DNA of 64,000 nt from Klebsormidium nitens (lineage: Eukaryota > Plantae > Klebsormidiophyceae), in the NCBI GenBank assembly GCA_000708835.1, contig DF237010.1:62001-126000 (forward strand). The letters run 5' to 3'. Under the pieces are notes generated by a model. The model saw only the letters and a list, made by a program, of their open reading frames with translations. It made no database searches and was not told the origin of the DNA. Shown in pieces: positions 25,345 to 38,201 of the stretch. Within the stretch, counting starts at the first letter, position 1; each line of letters starts with the position of its first letter. Both the position numbers and the translations under genes were made by a program.

Positions 25345-28300
25345 TCAAATCACCAGGGTTGGGGCGGGTCTAGGCGGCCTCAGTTTGATGGAAGCGATGA
25401 TCGACTGTATGGAAGGGGGTGATTCTGGGGACCCAAGCGAGGGTGGGGAAAGAAGCCTAGCAGGGGGGCGAGAGGCCTTGCTTAAGTGTGCGCCTATTCT
25501 GCTTTCCCCCTCCTCGTTCCACGGCAACGAGAGCTTTGGCACCGCCCAGTCGGCGCTCTCTTCCTCGTCATCGGATACTAGATCTATGAAAGGATTGCTT
25601 GCTTCCTCTTGACTTCGGTCACGCCTGCTCACACTTTCCGTCAAAAGTTGCCCATCATTGTCGCCCCATGTGCTTCGCCGGCAAAACTTTTCACCGTCTG
25701 TCGACCTCTCCAACTCCGCTAGATCCAAGGAACCGGTATCACTTCCGCTCCGCCCCGTGCTTTTCGTTGCCGTCCGTTCGGTGCTCCTCCCGCATCCGCC
25801 CCTCCCAACACCTTCGCGCAACTCTTTCCCCCTGCTGGCACCAACAATTCGCGGATCCGTGCACTGCGCTTGAGTGACGGACGTCGGCCTTGAAATTCGT
25901 TCCTGTACCCCTCGCCAAGAAAAGTTCGCCTCGGTTTCTTCGTCCGACAGCGAGCCCCAATCGCAGGTTTCTACCGTTTCGTGCCGTCGTCTTCTTTCTT
26001 CTATCTTCGAGGCGGCTGCCGCGCTCAAAGCCCGATCTGCTGGTCGCCCCGTCAGACGCAGCTCCGCCAGATCAAGGCATGAGTCCTCATTGGTGTGGTT
26101 TGCGGCAGGGCGCACGTTCTCGGGGAGTGGTGCTAATACCGCCGACAAAGCATCCGACGCAGACGTACTCCGCCTGCGCGCAATCTTTCGAGCCCCTGAC
26201 GACTTCTTCTTGCGCAACTTCTCTGCTGTCTCCGCATCCTTGAAGCTGTTCACTTCGTTCGGAAAAGCTCTGCAGGAACGGAAAAACTGATTCATACTTT
26301 TCACCGAAAACCTGAAGCGGTCCCGCGTTTTCACAAGAGACGCAAAATCGTCAAGAGCGGAACATGTCACGAAATTTCCTTCGGAGCTTGCCAAGTGGAG
26401 ACGCGAGAGCTTCCTTGGGCCGCCAGTCAGGACGGCTGCGGCGGAGAACGACAGCTCACTAACACGTAGTTTGAGCTTCAAGCGTGGACATTTCGAGGTG
26501 ATCAGTTGGAGCATTATGAACCCGCGCAGGTAGGCAGGACAGAGAAGAAACTCGGACTCACCTCTCCAGCAGGCCTGCGGGCACCGTGGTAGTGTCGATC
26601 GCCGGACTGCCCTCCCAGGATACCTCGTAGCTGCGGACGTGCTTCACTGTGCGTGCCTTCAAGATTTGCTTTAACGAGTACTGCAGGGGCCGCATAGTCG
26701 CCGCCTGTAGCAAGAGCAGGGACGGTTGGCTTTTCGAAGAGATGTAAACGGGCAAGCTTTCACTGCGAGCAGAAACGTCCCGAGCCGCCCAAAGGTTGTG
26801 TCGGCAAGCAATTAAGACTGCGGTTGCAGAGATTGACTAGCAGACTACTTGGCGCTTCCTCCAGCCAAGTTCCTAGCTCGTTCCGCTTGATTACTTTGAT
26901 GATTCTAGGCGAAAATGCAAATGCTTTCGGATTTTGCGTCGACTTATCGAGAGCGGCGTCTGGCACGTGACACGTGGCTTTCAAGACGACACAACGACAT
27001 GCCACGCACGGTCTGCCGCAGCTCAGCACAGCAGCGCTTCGACGCGAGTGTCAACGCCATCACCACTTCCTCTTTCAGCGCGACTGTTGGAAGACCGGCT
27101 TCATACACCGGAATCCGTTTCCAGGCGAGGCATCGTCAAACTTATGACGTACGTTTTAGCAAATTCCTAACGGACTACACAGATGATGAAAGCAGCCCAC
27201 GTGTCAGACACTGTCCACCCTCCCGAAGAACGCCATCACGACTTGAAGCTATCCTACAGTTCCGTGCAACTCGGTTGACGGGCTCACCGGTTCCACAGGC
27301 AGGGGATTGCGGTGCGGCCGCGCGGCTCGCTGCCTGAGGCACCTCTCCGCCAGCTTCGGTAAAATGAAGGACTCTGACACGGGCACCAAACGACAGCTTT
27401 TAGGGTCAGCCCACGTGACTCCCAGAAGTTTCCAAGCCGACAGCCATTGACTGTCTCAGTTCCAGGAATCTGATTTTGACTGCGCCGTTTGAGATTAGAA
27501 CAAGAAGAAAACGGAAGGTACGGTACGGCTGAGGGTGTCAACATGCAGTAATGCAATCAGACTTAGGGCAAAAGCCTGCCGTCCCAACAAAGAGCATGTA
27601 CCGGAAGCAAGAAACTGCGGATTCAGAGGCCCGTGCTGCTCACTGGTCTTGTCGGGCTCCCAGTCGAGGTACCGCTGCATCAAGTCTATGAGGGAGTCCA
27701 ACTGCAGCTCCATGCTTTGCTGAAGCGCTCTGTTTCACAAGCAATCGCCATGTGTCAACCAGTCGCTTATGATCCGTTGACCAGAGGTAAGAAGAGAAGG
27801 GGTTTTTCTAGAAAGCTTGCTCAGGATGAGAAAGGTGGGCGGCAACACGACACATAAGCGAACAATCATTATCTTGTCTTACTCCGCGATGCCCAGTGGT
27901 TCGACATCGCTTTACACGTCAGGAGAAGCTTGAAGAAGACGAAGACGGGAAATTACGACCGCTCCCGGGCCTCCTTACCTGGTGACAATGTCTGAGGTGG
28001 GCGCGTGCACTTTGGGCTCCAGGAAGGCCTTGATCACAGTCGCGATTGCCGCATCGTCAATCTGGGACGGGTCGCCTGGGACAAAGCAAGTGTCAACCTT
28101 TAGGCACCTTCCTCCCGCATTCGTATCACAAGCGCAGCAATGAGAGCCCTTCCAGATCCTGGCAAATACCTTTCTAGTCCAGCCTTGTTTAGGACGCTTG
28201 TGGTGCTCCAATCGGTCTCTGCTTTCGACATCAATCTCTACCGGCTGAAGTTGCAATCTGCCCATGAAAGAAGCACTGACGGACGGCATAGGGTTCGCAC

Positions 28301-31300
28301 CTGGAGGTTCGGCCCCTTCTGTTGCGCGCCCCGCCTTAGCTTTCGAGTTTTTGGGCCGCCCTTCGTCGAGAACGGCCTGCACGCCGTCTCGTAAGATGGT
28401 CTTGAGGACCTGCGTCTCGCCCAGCTGCGCAACTAGACGCGTCGCCTTTTGTACGCCGACGCCCTTCACCCCGTCGTGGTAGTCAGAGCCCAAAAAGACG
28501 CCGAGAGCAATCTGCACACACGAGCATCTGTGTTAAACGCCACTTGAAAGCGAAAGTGGACGGATGCATCCGCATCAGAGCCATATCACCTAAGTCTCAC
28601 TCTAAAGTGGCTCCGCAAAACCAGGTGATACCAAAATTGCGACGACAGCGGATTCGGCATAACGCTCTAAGCTGTCGCCAAAGCCAAATGAGTTGTTTGC
28701 TTTCGCTCGTAATGACCTCATCTACCCATCCGCTTCTTTCTTACGAGTGTCAAGACACGAGCCGGCCGCTCGAGAACGTAGAGGACACTTTATCTAATGC
28801 AAACATTTTCTTTTGACAGAAAATTGATAACAGTTGGGCCTGCAGAACGAGGCTTTTTCCTTGAAAGGATCGACTTTCAATCTGCACTCTTTGCAGCGCG
28901 TGCGCCACAGCTGGTGCCCTTCTTACCAAAGAGTTCCTGCCGAAGCCGAGCTTGTCTAGAACGGCCGTACTGGTACACGCCTCAACGACACCGTCGCACC
29001 CTGTACGGGAGACGTCTGGCACGACGTGAGAAGCTCGGAAGGGGTGTACTTTAATTTGTCCTACTGGCCTCAATCCCACGAGTCTATTTGTGGATGAAAG
29101 TGAAGCGTCAAGATTCCTCAGAAAGACGAATCCAACCCGTGCAGGAGTAGCAAGACAGTCTACCCTTCCAACCGCGCTCTATTTCGAGCTCCGCCTCAGC
29201 TGCGTGGGTCGGCGTGTCCCAAACGGCCCACAAGTCACGGACGACGAGATGGTGATATATGCCTTTCAATACGGCAAGCTGGTTCGGGAAAGAAATGTGA
29301 GACTAAGAAATGCATAAAGGCGCACCTGACTGCCCGTCCAGCTTGAAGGTGCGGTACACCTTGAGTGCCCCAAACAAAAAGGCGTCCGAGTCCGTTGTGA
29401 TGCAGGCGTCCTGCGCAAGATGCATCGAGTCTGGCGCAAAACTGCAGTCGCTCAGAACACGCAAGATGACGACAAGCAAGGGTCTTTCAAGAACTTTACA
29501 GACAAGCCAAGAAATCACTCGAATGTTAGGAAGCCAAAAGATTTGGAGAGACAAGAAAGCGCTAGATCAAACTGCAGACAGCTTGCGACTCCCGAATGAT
29601 GTTGAAGTTTTTGGCTTAGATTACGACCCCAGTAGCGATCATGTAGCGGAGCACTTACGAAAAGTCCAGCCGCGTTCAGGACCGCGCACTGCGCCTCAGC
29701 ATCAAGTGTGCTGCACGACATATGAGGCGGGGAAGAAGTAAGCGTCGGAGCAGCGTCTTTCGGACTTGATGGTTGCACGAAGAAAGAATACTGACAGGTG
29801 TCAAGAAGTACACCGTGGTCAAGCAGGTGGCGAAACTCAGAAGACTTGAGCGTGAACGAACTTGCTTTCCATGTTTGTCAGCCCATCTGTTTTTTCAAAG
29901 AAAGCGAGGTTGACTGCTTGTAACAGATCCCAAACCGTCATACCGTGTTTGAGGCGCATGTCAAGCAGAATCTGACAAGCGTGAGGACTGGAATAGAGGC
30001 CATCAGCATCTGGGACGACCTTGAAAATCTGTCTAACAAAAGCTGGTCAAACTACAATCTGCCTGGTATTCAAACCAAACCCCAATCAACAAGCGTAACC
30101 AAGCTAGTTCTCACCTGCGGATACAGGGAATGCCCATTGCCTCGCAGAGGCGGATTGCCTCTTGCACTTTGCGGCCGAAGTGAGAGTGCTGCGGCCGTTT
30201 TGATGCTGCCCCCCCAGCGTACCGCTCCGCACTGGCCTTGTCCTTTTGCTGCTGGGACAGGGGGCCTTGCAATCGGGCGGTCACGGTGGGCCTCTTCAAC
30301 TGGTCGAAGTCACCATCTGTTGTACAATGAAGTTATTATGAAGGTGTCAACCCCAGTGCGGTCTCAATCACTAGAAGTTTCATGTGAGCCTGGGCCCCAT
30401 TGTGAAGCTGCGCACGCCAGCTTCGTCTTCTCCCAGCTGCTTCGATTGGTGCTGGTTGATTTGTGTAAAGTGCCAGGGCAATTGGCTGGGCATCTGTGTC
30501 CCTTGTTCTGAGTACGTGCTCTGCTAGCTGATTTTCGGACAGGTCTTGGACAATTGCACAACCCAAGTGCGCATCTGAAGGGTTCCAATACTATACTGCG
30601 ACATGCAAAAGGACAGTTCCAATGTGGATATCGAGGAGGGGATACATATTCCCATATGTTAGCAATGACGCGTACACCGGACCTCTCACCCTGCTCTCCC
30701 TATCCCCAAATTGGATTCTTTGGTGAGCTAAGCCGTTGAGTTTGTTAAGGGTCCTGCACTTCCTTGGACCTTTTGCTGTGCTGTGCTCAAAAAACCCACA
30801 GTTTTTCTTCTAACATCCGAAAAGGAGCTAAGAGGGGGCCCCTTCGCATGAACTCAGAGCAGTCACTTCACCTGCCACGCAGACAACGATGCAATTGAGG
30901 GCCAGGAGAGCCCGCAGGCGGTGGAAGATGCCCTGGAGGTGAAGGTGGGGCTGCCAGCGGGCGTGCACCCCCGGCATGCGGTGCCCGCAGCACTCCACGA
31001 TCCAGCAGGACAGGTCCACCACAACGCGCTGGTTCCTGCAATACAGAGGGTGCAAGAAGAGTCGACGAACCAGCTGGAGCTCACCAGTTCGGTCTTGAAG
31101 GATGCAGCGCTTCTGGTCACAACCAGACAGTCTGGAGGATGAAGCTACTCTCATTGTCTATTTGGAGAGGGCTACGCACTGCTAGAGAGATCGCCAATTC
31201 TTTACAAGCAAGAGGGGCGTCGATTGTGACCATAGCAGAATCTACAGAACCAGATACATACTATTGAGAGTCCTCTCTGCTTCCGGTCAGGGAGACAAAT

Positions 31301-31420
31301 TGACTCCGCAGTACTAACAGCATCAGAAGGATAGAAATGGTGAATGACTTACTCGATGGCCCCAAGTGGCAAAGCACAAGTTGCTGGCTGCAATATCGTC
31401 CACAGTTGATGGACACCCAT
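25345..31420 (-). CDS. SEND1: XPG/Rad2-family flap endonuclease / Holliday junction resolvase, GEN2/SEND1-like, 11 exons
   Basis: Exons 31353-31420, 30872-31035, 30115-30316, 29659-29710, 29326-29410, 28927-29000, 27979-28511, 27644-27729, 27288-27373, 26562-26704, 25345-26269. XPG-N: MGVHQLWTIL..VVVDLSCWIV..IFHRLRALLALNC. XPG-I: DAEAQCAVLN, TTDSDAFLFGA. H3TH: LGSDYHDGVKGVG. Followed by a chromo-like segment and a disordered tail. Confidence 0.9.
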
Positions 31421-32223
31421 ACTGATGCTTGCGCTGGACCTCGCCTGGTATTTGTGTAATGCTATGGCTATGTCTGGCCGTGCTTATCTGAGTTCGGATT
31501 GACTGTATGAACAGCTGAGCTAAGTTTAGAGTCTTTTCCTTAAGGGTTGCGGCACTGTAGACCTAGCATTGTTGACTGTTGCCTAGCATTGCGTCTTTAG
31601 AAAGCCCTCAGTATTGCAACAAGAGTACAAATAGGAATGTTGTAGACCTCAACCTTTCCTGCTAGGTATTCTAACTACAGTATCCATTCAGACTAGCTCT
31701 TTGGGCAGCATACTGTATATCGCCAGGCACGAAAGCCCATCAGTACGTGACAAAAAGGCCTTTTCTGTTTCTGGACAGTGCATGCTGTCATGGCACATGG
31801 TGGGCATGTACCTAACTCACGAAAAGCACCGTACCATACCAATCAACACACAGGCTGCAGCTGAGCTAGCTCGCTGCTTCAGTGCAAGATTCTTTGCCTA
31901 GCCCTGGCCAAAAAGGTACGAGTCAGGACTAGGTAGGTACCGTACGTACTATTAGATTCAGAAGTTCAGAACACAAATTTGAAAGGGCCTGAGGACGGTT
32001 CAAAAGCAGTGATGAGCACTTTTGTCCGTCAGATTTGAGCTACGTCCTCATCGACCGCTCGAATCAGCGTACTAGGTTTGTGCGCGCACCCAACAGGCAT
32101 CCAAACAGCTGCGATCCCGACGCGGCCGAATAGGGAGCCTTTGGGCTGCATGTAGGTAGGTATGACAGAGACATTCTCAGCCCTAGCAGCTGAGCAGCTG
32201 CATGGGCTAATAGCAGCTACCGT

Positions 32224-32303
32224 TGTGGTCACTGTCACTCTATACATGTACTTACTACGTAGTAGTACGTAGTACGTACGTGTATAGAGTGACAGTGACC
32301 ACA
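32224..32303. ncRNA. Near-perfect 80-nt hairpin; candidate pre-miRNA/hp-siRNA or DNA cruciform
   Basis: 32224-32246 is the exact reverse complement of 32281-32303 (23 bp). Pairing continues to a 4-nt loop (32262-32265), giving 38 stem positions with one G-U and one mismatch. There is no evidence of transcription from sequence alone. Confidence 0.45.
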
Positions 32304-33228
32304 CACGTTCCAGCATTTGAACGAAGCATGGAATCAAGCTTCAAGCGGGATTCGAGAGGTAGGTAGGACGCGTGCGCATGCGGATCAGGAACTCCGCAAA
32401 TCTTGATTACTTGAAGGCTGACTCAAGGGCAGGCGGCTAGCCTGGCCCGGAATTAAGGGGCTGCATGCAGCTCTACAGAAGGCGCGGCGCGGCCAGACCG
32501 ATCAGCCCCCTCCAAAGATCTGAGGTCGGATCACTATATATTCAGCTATAGCTAGGTATAAGTCACTATTCAGTGTTGGCACTAGTTGAATTCCGTATAC
32601 CATGAAATGCTATTGTTTCTTAATCTTACGTATAGTAGCCAAATTGGCAGTCCGACCTAGGTGGTCTTTGAGCTCTAGTATAGTGGATCGCAGAAGTATC
32701 AATTCATGCATGGCTAGTAGCTAGCTTACAGCCGGCCGGCCAGGGTCACTCATGCAGTGTCAAATAAGGGTACCACCGTCCGATCGCTGTCACAAAAACT
32801 TGCCGGGACGGCAAGCCTGTATAGTACGCACTGACATCGAATGCATTTGAATAGCTCGACCTTGACGTGGCAACCGTTTGGTATATGAACAGGCTCCAAG
32901 CCTGTCGATCCTACCCGTTTGATCGGTAGTTGCCCATGGCCGCCTTAGTACAGCTCTCAAGGTGTCATCAAATCATCACACAAAGGTTATGATCAGACAC
33001 AGCACTAGCTCGTATACGTATACAATTGACATCCAATTTGAACCCAAAAGCGCCCCCTGTTGATACCTTACACGAATAACTATACATAAGTGCACGATGA
33101 CCTCCGCCCGATTGTTGCAAAGCTACGTTGAAGCAACAGGTTGCGCTAGCACAATTCCATGTCATACTGTACTTGGGACACTGTCTATTTCTGGTCTGTC
33201 TAAGCTAAGCTTGTCAGCATAAGGGTTC

Positions 33229-36200
33229 TCATACTCGAAGCTGAGAAAGTGCTTCAAACGGATCGAGGTTCCTCGACTGCGGCTGCTGTCTCGACGAGCT
33301 TTGCTGGCCCTTCCCGTTCATGGGGAGGGGAACGGTCGCAGCTGGCGGGTCGAACACGCTGGTAGGCGCGTCGAAGAGACTGTCTCTGGCTGGACTCGCT
33401 GTAGCGCTCCTCGGCGCTGATCCTGCATCGTCGAACGACTGCCACGAGCTGGAGGCAGGTAGGTTGGCGAATGAGTTGGAGGGAGAGACTCCAGTACTTG
33501 ACGGGCGCGACAGCGGTTTCTCTGCTCTGGACGGCGGGGGGGAGAGGGAGGCAGCCCGGGCAGACGCAGGGTTATCAACCCGGTTCCAGAACGAACCGGC
33601 CGGGGGAGGAGTGTGCGAGGCCACGGGAGATGCAAAAGACCGCCGGCCCCCCGGCTGCCTGTCCTCATCTTTGACCAGGCCAACCACGGGGCTTGACGCC
33701 TGCACAGGAGCCGGCACAAAACGTGAGAAGCAGACTCAGTATCGGTTAACCTGATCACCGGTTAATGTGCGGGCACCTTTAAGTGACGGAGGCTGCTAGT
33801 TGGAAGCACGGAAGGAAGTTCCGAGCGTTCAAGTCGGTAACTCGTAGATCACACACTGAAGGATAAACCTTTGTAGCTCTTCATCAAGCGCTTCACATGC
33901 GTTGAACCAATGTCCTGGCACGGCTCTCACCTAAAAATCATTCATCAGGACACGTGTTAGCTGCCGCAGAACTAGACCCAGTTCTGCGGCACGGGTGCCG
34001 TATTCAAAGTAAGGCCCGTCAAGAATACTTCACAGCACTGTCCACTATTGCAACAGCACATGAACAAATCATCCTCCCACCTGCATCTCTTTGATCTGGT
34101 CCTGCAGCGCCCGAATGATGAACTCCATCTTGCTGCACCGCTCCGCCAGATACGCCTTCTCGTCCAGCACCTTGCGCAGCTCCTCCCGGACCCTCTCCAG
34201 CTCCGCCGCCATCGCTTGCCCGCCCTCACTCGGCGTCCGCGGCCGACCGGGCACCCCAACCGGCCCCTGCGCGGGACCGTTTGCTGACACGCTGCTCCGC
34301 CCCGGTTGATTCGTGCTCCGGGAACCGGCCGGCGACTCGCCTGTGAATGGTGCAAAGCCCTGCGGTTCTCTGGTCTCAAAGGCCGCGAAAGCAGAAGGCT
34401 GCGCAGACGGGGCTTGGGGGGGTGGGAGGCGCGGAGATGGGGCCCGTTCGTGCGAAGGCCCGCGGGAGTGCACCGGTTTCCCCTGGGCTGGCTCGTGGAT
34501 CGAGTCCACGTCATCATCCAGGCGACCGTCAGGGCCGGCTTTCATGAACCCGATCTCGGAGCTGTCGTCAAAGCCTGACCGCTCGTGACCGGTGGCGCTT
34601 GCAATCTTGCTCGTGAGGGTGCCCTTCACGCTTTTGAGCATGTCGGCAGCGGCCCCCGTCTTCTTCAGGAAGGTGCTTTTGAGGCTGGCAGACTCCTTGG
34701 GCTGGGCCTCCGGTTGTGGGGATGGTGGCCGGAGCTGCAGCATAAGAAACTTCTCAAATCGACGAACTGCTTGCCTGCATAATCAATGACGAAGGAGGAC
34801 CGGCAAACAGATGTTACAAGCAGTACCATGCCTTCAAGCAACCGTGATTTGTCCCCTCTATCTGCGCTTTAACAGGAGCATTGCCCAGTCTGCTGATGCA
34901 AGCTTAAGCAAATACCGATTCCGTTCAGGTACGATCTTCGAGGAAGAAACTACCTGCCTGTCACCATAGAAGCATCCTCGTGACGCACGAGTATCTGATA
35001 AGTGCCTGGGCCCTGACCTGTCCAAGGGTCTCCTCCACAGAGGCGGAAAGTTTTCTGGGGCTGTCTGGCGGGCTGCCCCCAAGGGTCTGTCCTGTCGCAG
35101 GTGCAGAGGGTCCACTGGTGGAAGTGGCAGAGTCCCCAAACTTGGCCCAGAAAGCGCCACCGCTTGCGGCACTTCCGCTGGGGCCACTAGGAGCTGGTCG
35201 TGCGGGAGGGGCCGGGGCGGCACGGGCGGGCTTCGGAGCTGCCACAAAGCAGTGCACTGGTAAGAGACAAGCTTGAGGCCCCAGGTGAGCAATGCCGTCT
35301 CAGCACCTCCTGTAACGGTAAACCTTTGGATCGTCAAGTCTCCAAACGCACTGAACAAACGGCCTGTGGCCAATGGATAGAGAAACAGAATGGTCTAGAA
35401 TATTTCCAGTTTTGCCATCTCAAAATGATAATAAGAATTCTGATTGCAGGAAGGAGATGAAGGAGTCTGGAGTACCTTGCTCTGTGCTCCTTGTGCTGGG
35501 GCCGGCAGTCTTAGCCGCCATGGGCGCTTTCTCTGGCGCAGGCTTCCGGGCTGCCTGCGGAAGCAACTCGTTTACAGTACGCCAGACCTGCAAGGAAGAG
35601 AAGCCTCATTCAATCGAGTCCTACGCTCATTGCGGCAGGTCACAATCTACTCATATCTGGCTGGACACAGGACCAAAATTATGGCTTCTGAACATATGAG
35701 CAGGCACTTCCCTTGAGGAGCACTATCCAGGGCTCCTCGAGTAGGATATCAAGCTACGGGGAACGTGTTGGCTGCGGATGCAAGATTTGTTTCAGAGGGC
35801 GAGGTCCAGTTGGTGAAAACGTACCCGGCCAACATCAGGCCTCTTGCCAGGTTCCGCAGAGAGCATATCCTTGATCAGGCTGATCAGTCCAGGAGTATAC
35901 TTTGGCGAGTCTGGTATCCGGTAGTTGCCGTTTAGGATTTGCAATTTGGACTCCCCATCAAATGCGGACTTGAAGAATGCCATCCTATAAAGAAGGCACC
36001 CCAAGGCCTGCAGAAAAGACAAGAAAAAGTTGTTGTAAAGATTGGTGCAACAGTCGTCTGCCAACAACCCTCTTTGACAGAAAAAACTCATTCACATCCT
36101 CAGCCACTGGTCGCCGCAGAAAATGGTCAATGCAATTGTGTTCTCACCCCCTCTCCTTGACTGATGGCCATCAAAGAGAAAGGAACTCCAAGAGCTGAGA

Positions 36201-37374
36201 CAAGGGCTGCCAGAGTACTGGACATTTTGGCCTCAGGTTGCTTTGTTCATGAACAGAAAGTTTTCATCAGACGCTGTGCAGCAACTATTTTTCAGCGTTA
36301 GTCAATCTTCAATGCTCTTTTAACTCAGATGGAAGACTCACCCATATGTCCACTTTCTCTGAAATTAGTTCTCGTCGGTAGAGGTCCCACATCTGCGAAT
36401 GAGAATCAGATCCTGTTAAGCTGGATTCACAAGAAAATTGCAAGATTTCAATCCATACAGAGGAATGCGAGGCAAATGGCTCCTGCAGACCAGAAGTACG
36501 CTGCAATCCATAGCTAAAATGCCCTCACCTCAGGAGCACGGTATGCTGGAGTCGTATGCTTCCTGATATTATCTTCCTCTTGGCCCATCTCCCGCTCTGT
36601 TTCGAAGCGTTTGTGATTCGTAGAGCACGAACCGAAGTCGCACAATTTCCATGCCCCTTCCCCAGCCAGCAAGACGTTTTCTGCTTTCAGGTCCCTGATG
36701 CAGGAGACAGATACAGCCAATTGTTACTTGTTAAGTCCGAAAGAGGCCTCAAGTAGGAAGGGAGCTCAACCGGGGACCGCAAGGATTGCAACACAATGCT
36801 TTTGATCACTATAAGAAGAAACTTCAGATTAGGGTTTCAGACACTGCAGTGTCTTCAGACCCAATTCAATGATGGACAGGAGCTTGTGTCATGCATCTCT
36901 AACTCACCTGTGTGCAACTGGTGGACTCTGGCAATGCATTGCATAGACAGCATTGCAGACGTCCCGGAAGATCATCAACACCTGCTGCTCATTGAAGAAC
37001 TGCCCCTTGCTCGCAAGATTATCCATCACATGGACAAGCATGTTATCGCAGTAGTCTAAAAGCAGGAAGCACTCTTTGCCTCCCGTGGCAGGAGTGTCCT
37101 GGAATGAATGTGCATGAAGTGCAACAACGTTGGGATGGCCTCGAAGCTGCAGCATTATGTTTATCTCCTTCTGGACTAGATCATATGTATCCTTATCTCG
37201 AATAACCAAATGTTTCAACGCAAACAGCCTTCCTCCTGCCATGCACTTATACACAACAGAAAAGCCTCCCTGTGCTATTGTCTTCTGCACTTGCACCTTC
37301 ATGTTCCCAACATCTACTATTCGACCTTCAAGGCCCCCGGACTCCTTCGGAAGGAGTCCCTTAAGGCGCCACAT
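33229..37374 (-). CDS. Numb-associated kinase (NAK/AAK1/BIKE-like) Ser/Thr kinase, 8 exons
   Basis: Exons 36908-37374, 36529-36694, 36342-36392, 35825-36007, 35476-35587, 35018-35256, 34081-34734, 33229-33699. Kinase motifs IAQGGFSVVY, ALKHL, HRDLKAEN, KLCDFGS, TTPAYRAPE, KVDIWALG. The Pro/Ser-rich tail has AFW/SFW and DPF motifs and a coiled coil. Confidence 0.93.
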
Positions 37375-38201
37375 GACTATGCGGAAGAATAACAAATGCA
37401 ACAAGGCAGGGACAAAGGAGTGAAGAAGGTTCCAGCAGAAGCCCAATCTATCTCCTTCCTCAATCCCCCCTGGCTACTCCTACGCCCTACAACTGTACAG
37501 CGCTACAGGGGCGCACAAGTACGCTGCAGCCTGCACACACCAAGTCCTTTGATACTGAACCTGAATGCGGCTGTCTGCAATTTCGAAGCTTTCTTTTTAG
37601 TTCAATCTGGAGTGCTGGAGCGCGTATACGGTCAGCGTTGTCGAACATTTGGACCGAATATGAACGAGCTACTGTAAGTTCGAAAGCGTAGAAGTAATGT
37701 TCAAACGGGCCCCTATTGCAACGTGAAGCAACTTTCGACGAGGAAACACCTTCCCTTGCTGCACCCCAGCTATACATATTGCGATATCTCCAACGCCCTA
37801 TGTATTCTTCATGGCTCTAATATGATCGTATACGGTAGAATGTGGGTTTCGAGAAAAGATGATCATGTTCATTGAAACGAGCAGGAGAGGAGGAGGTGTC
37901 ACTGTCAACGTCAAAATCACATGTGGCATAATTGATGGAGTGGCGTCTTCATATGCTCCGCTGTCTGCAGTGCCCTCGTTTTTGACGGAGTGCTTTTTGA
38001 GGTGAACCCTGTGAACGACACATAATGTAATTCAGCTGGGAGAGGAGCTGACACAGGCCGGCAAATGGTTGATACAAGAGGAGGTACTGCAAGTGACCTG
38101 AGGGTTTCACATGTGACCTTGTTCCATGGTCCTTGCAGTTGATAAGCAGTTTTTCCGGAAGTGCCCTACGAACTGATTAGGGAGCGTGTAGGATCGCAAA
38201 C

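Noticed and set aside
25345-26514. 389-aa ORF as an independent gene
   Set aside because: It is the last exon of SEND1 (true acceptor at 26270, in phase); its first 80 or so codons are intronic.
8456-27260. Box C-like TGATGA words (e.g. 8457, 12585, 24596, 27184) as possible C/D snoRNAs
   Set aside because: No CTGA box D with terminal stem at the expected 60-120-nt distance was found by eye; a snoscan/Infernal run would be needed to exclude them fully.
32029-32337. 102-aa minus-strand ORF in the largest intergenic gap
   Set aside because: No homology or coding-like codon bias; it runs through the hairpin and is best explained as chance.
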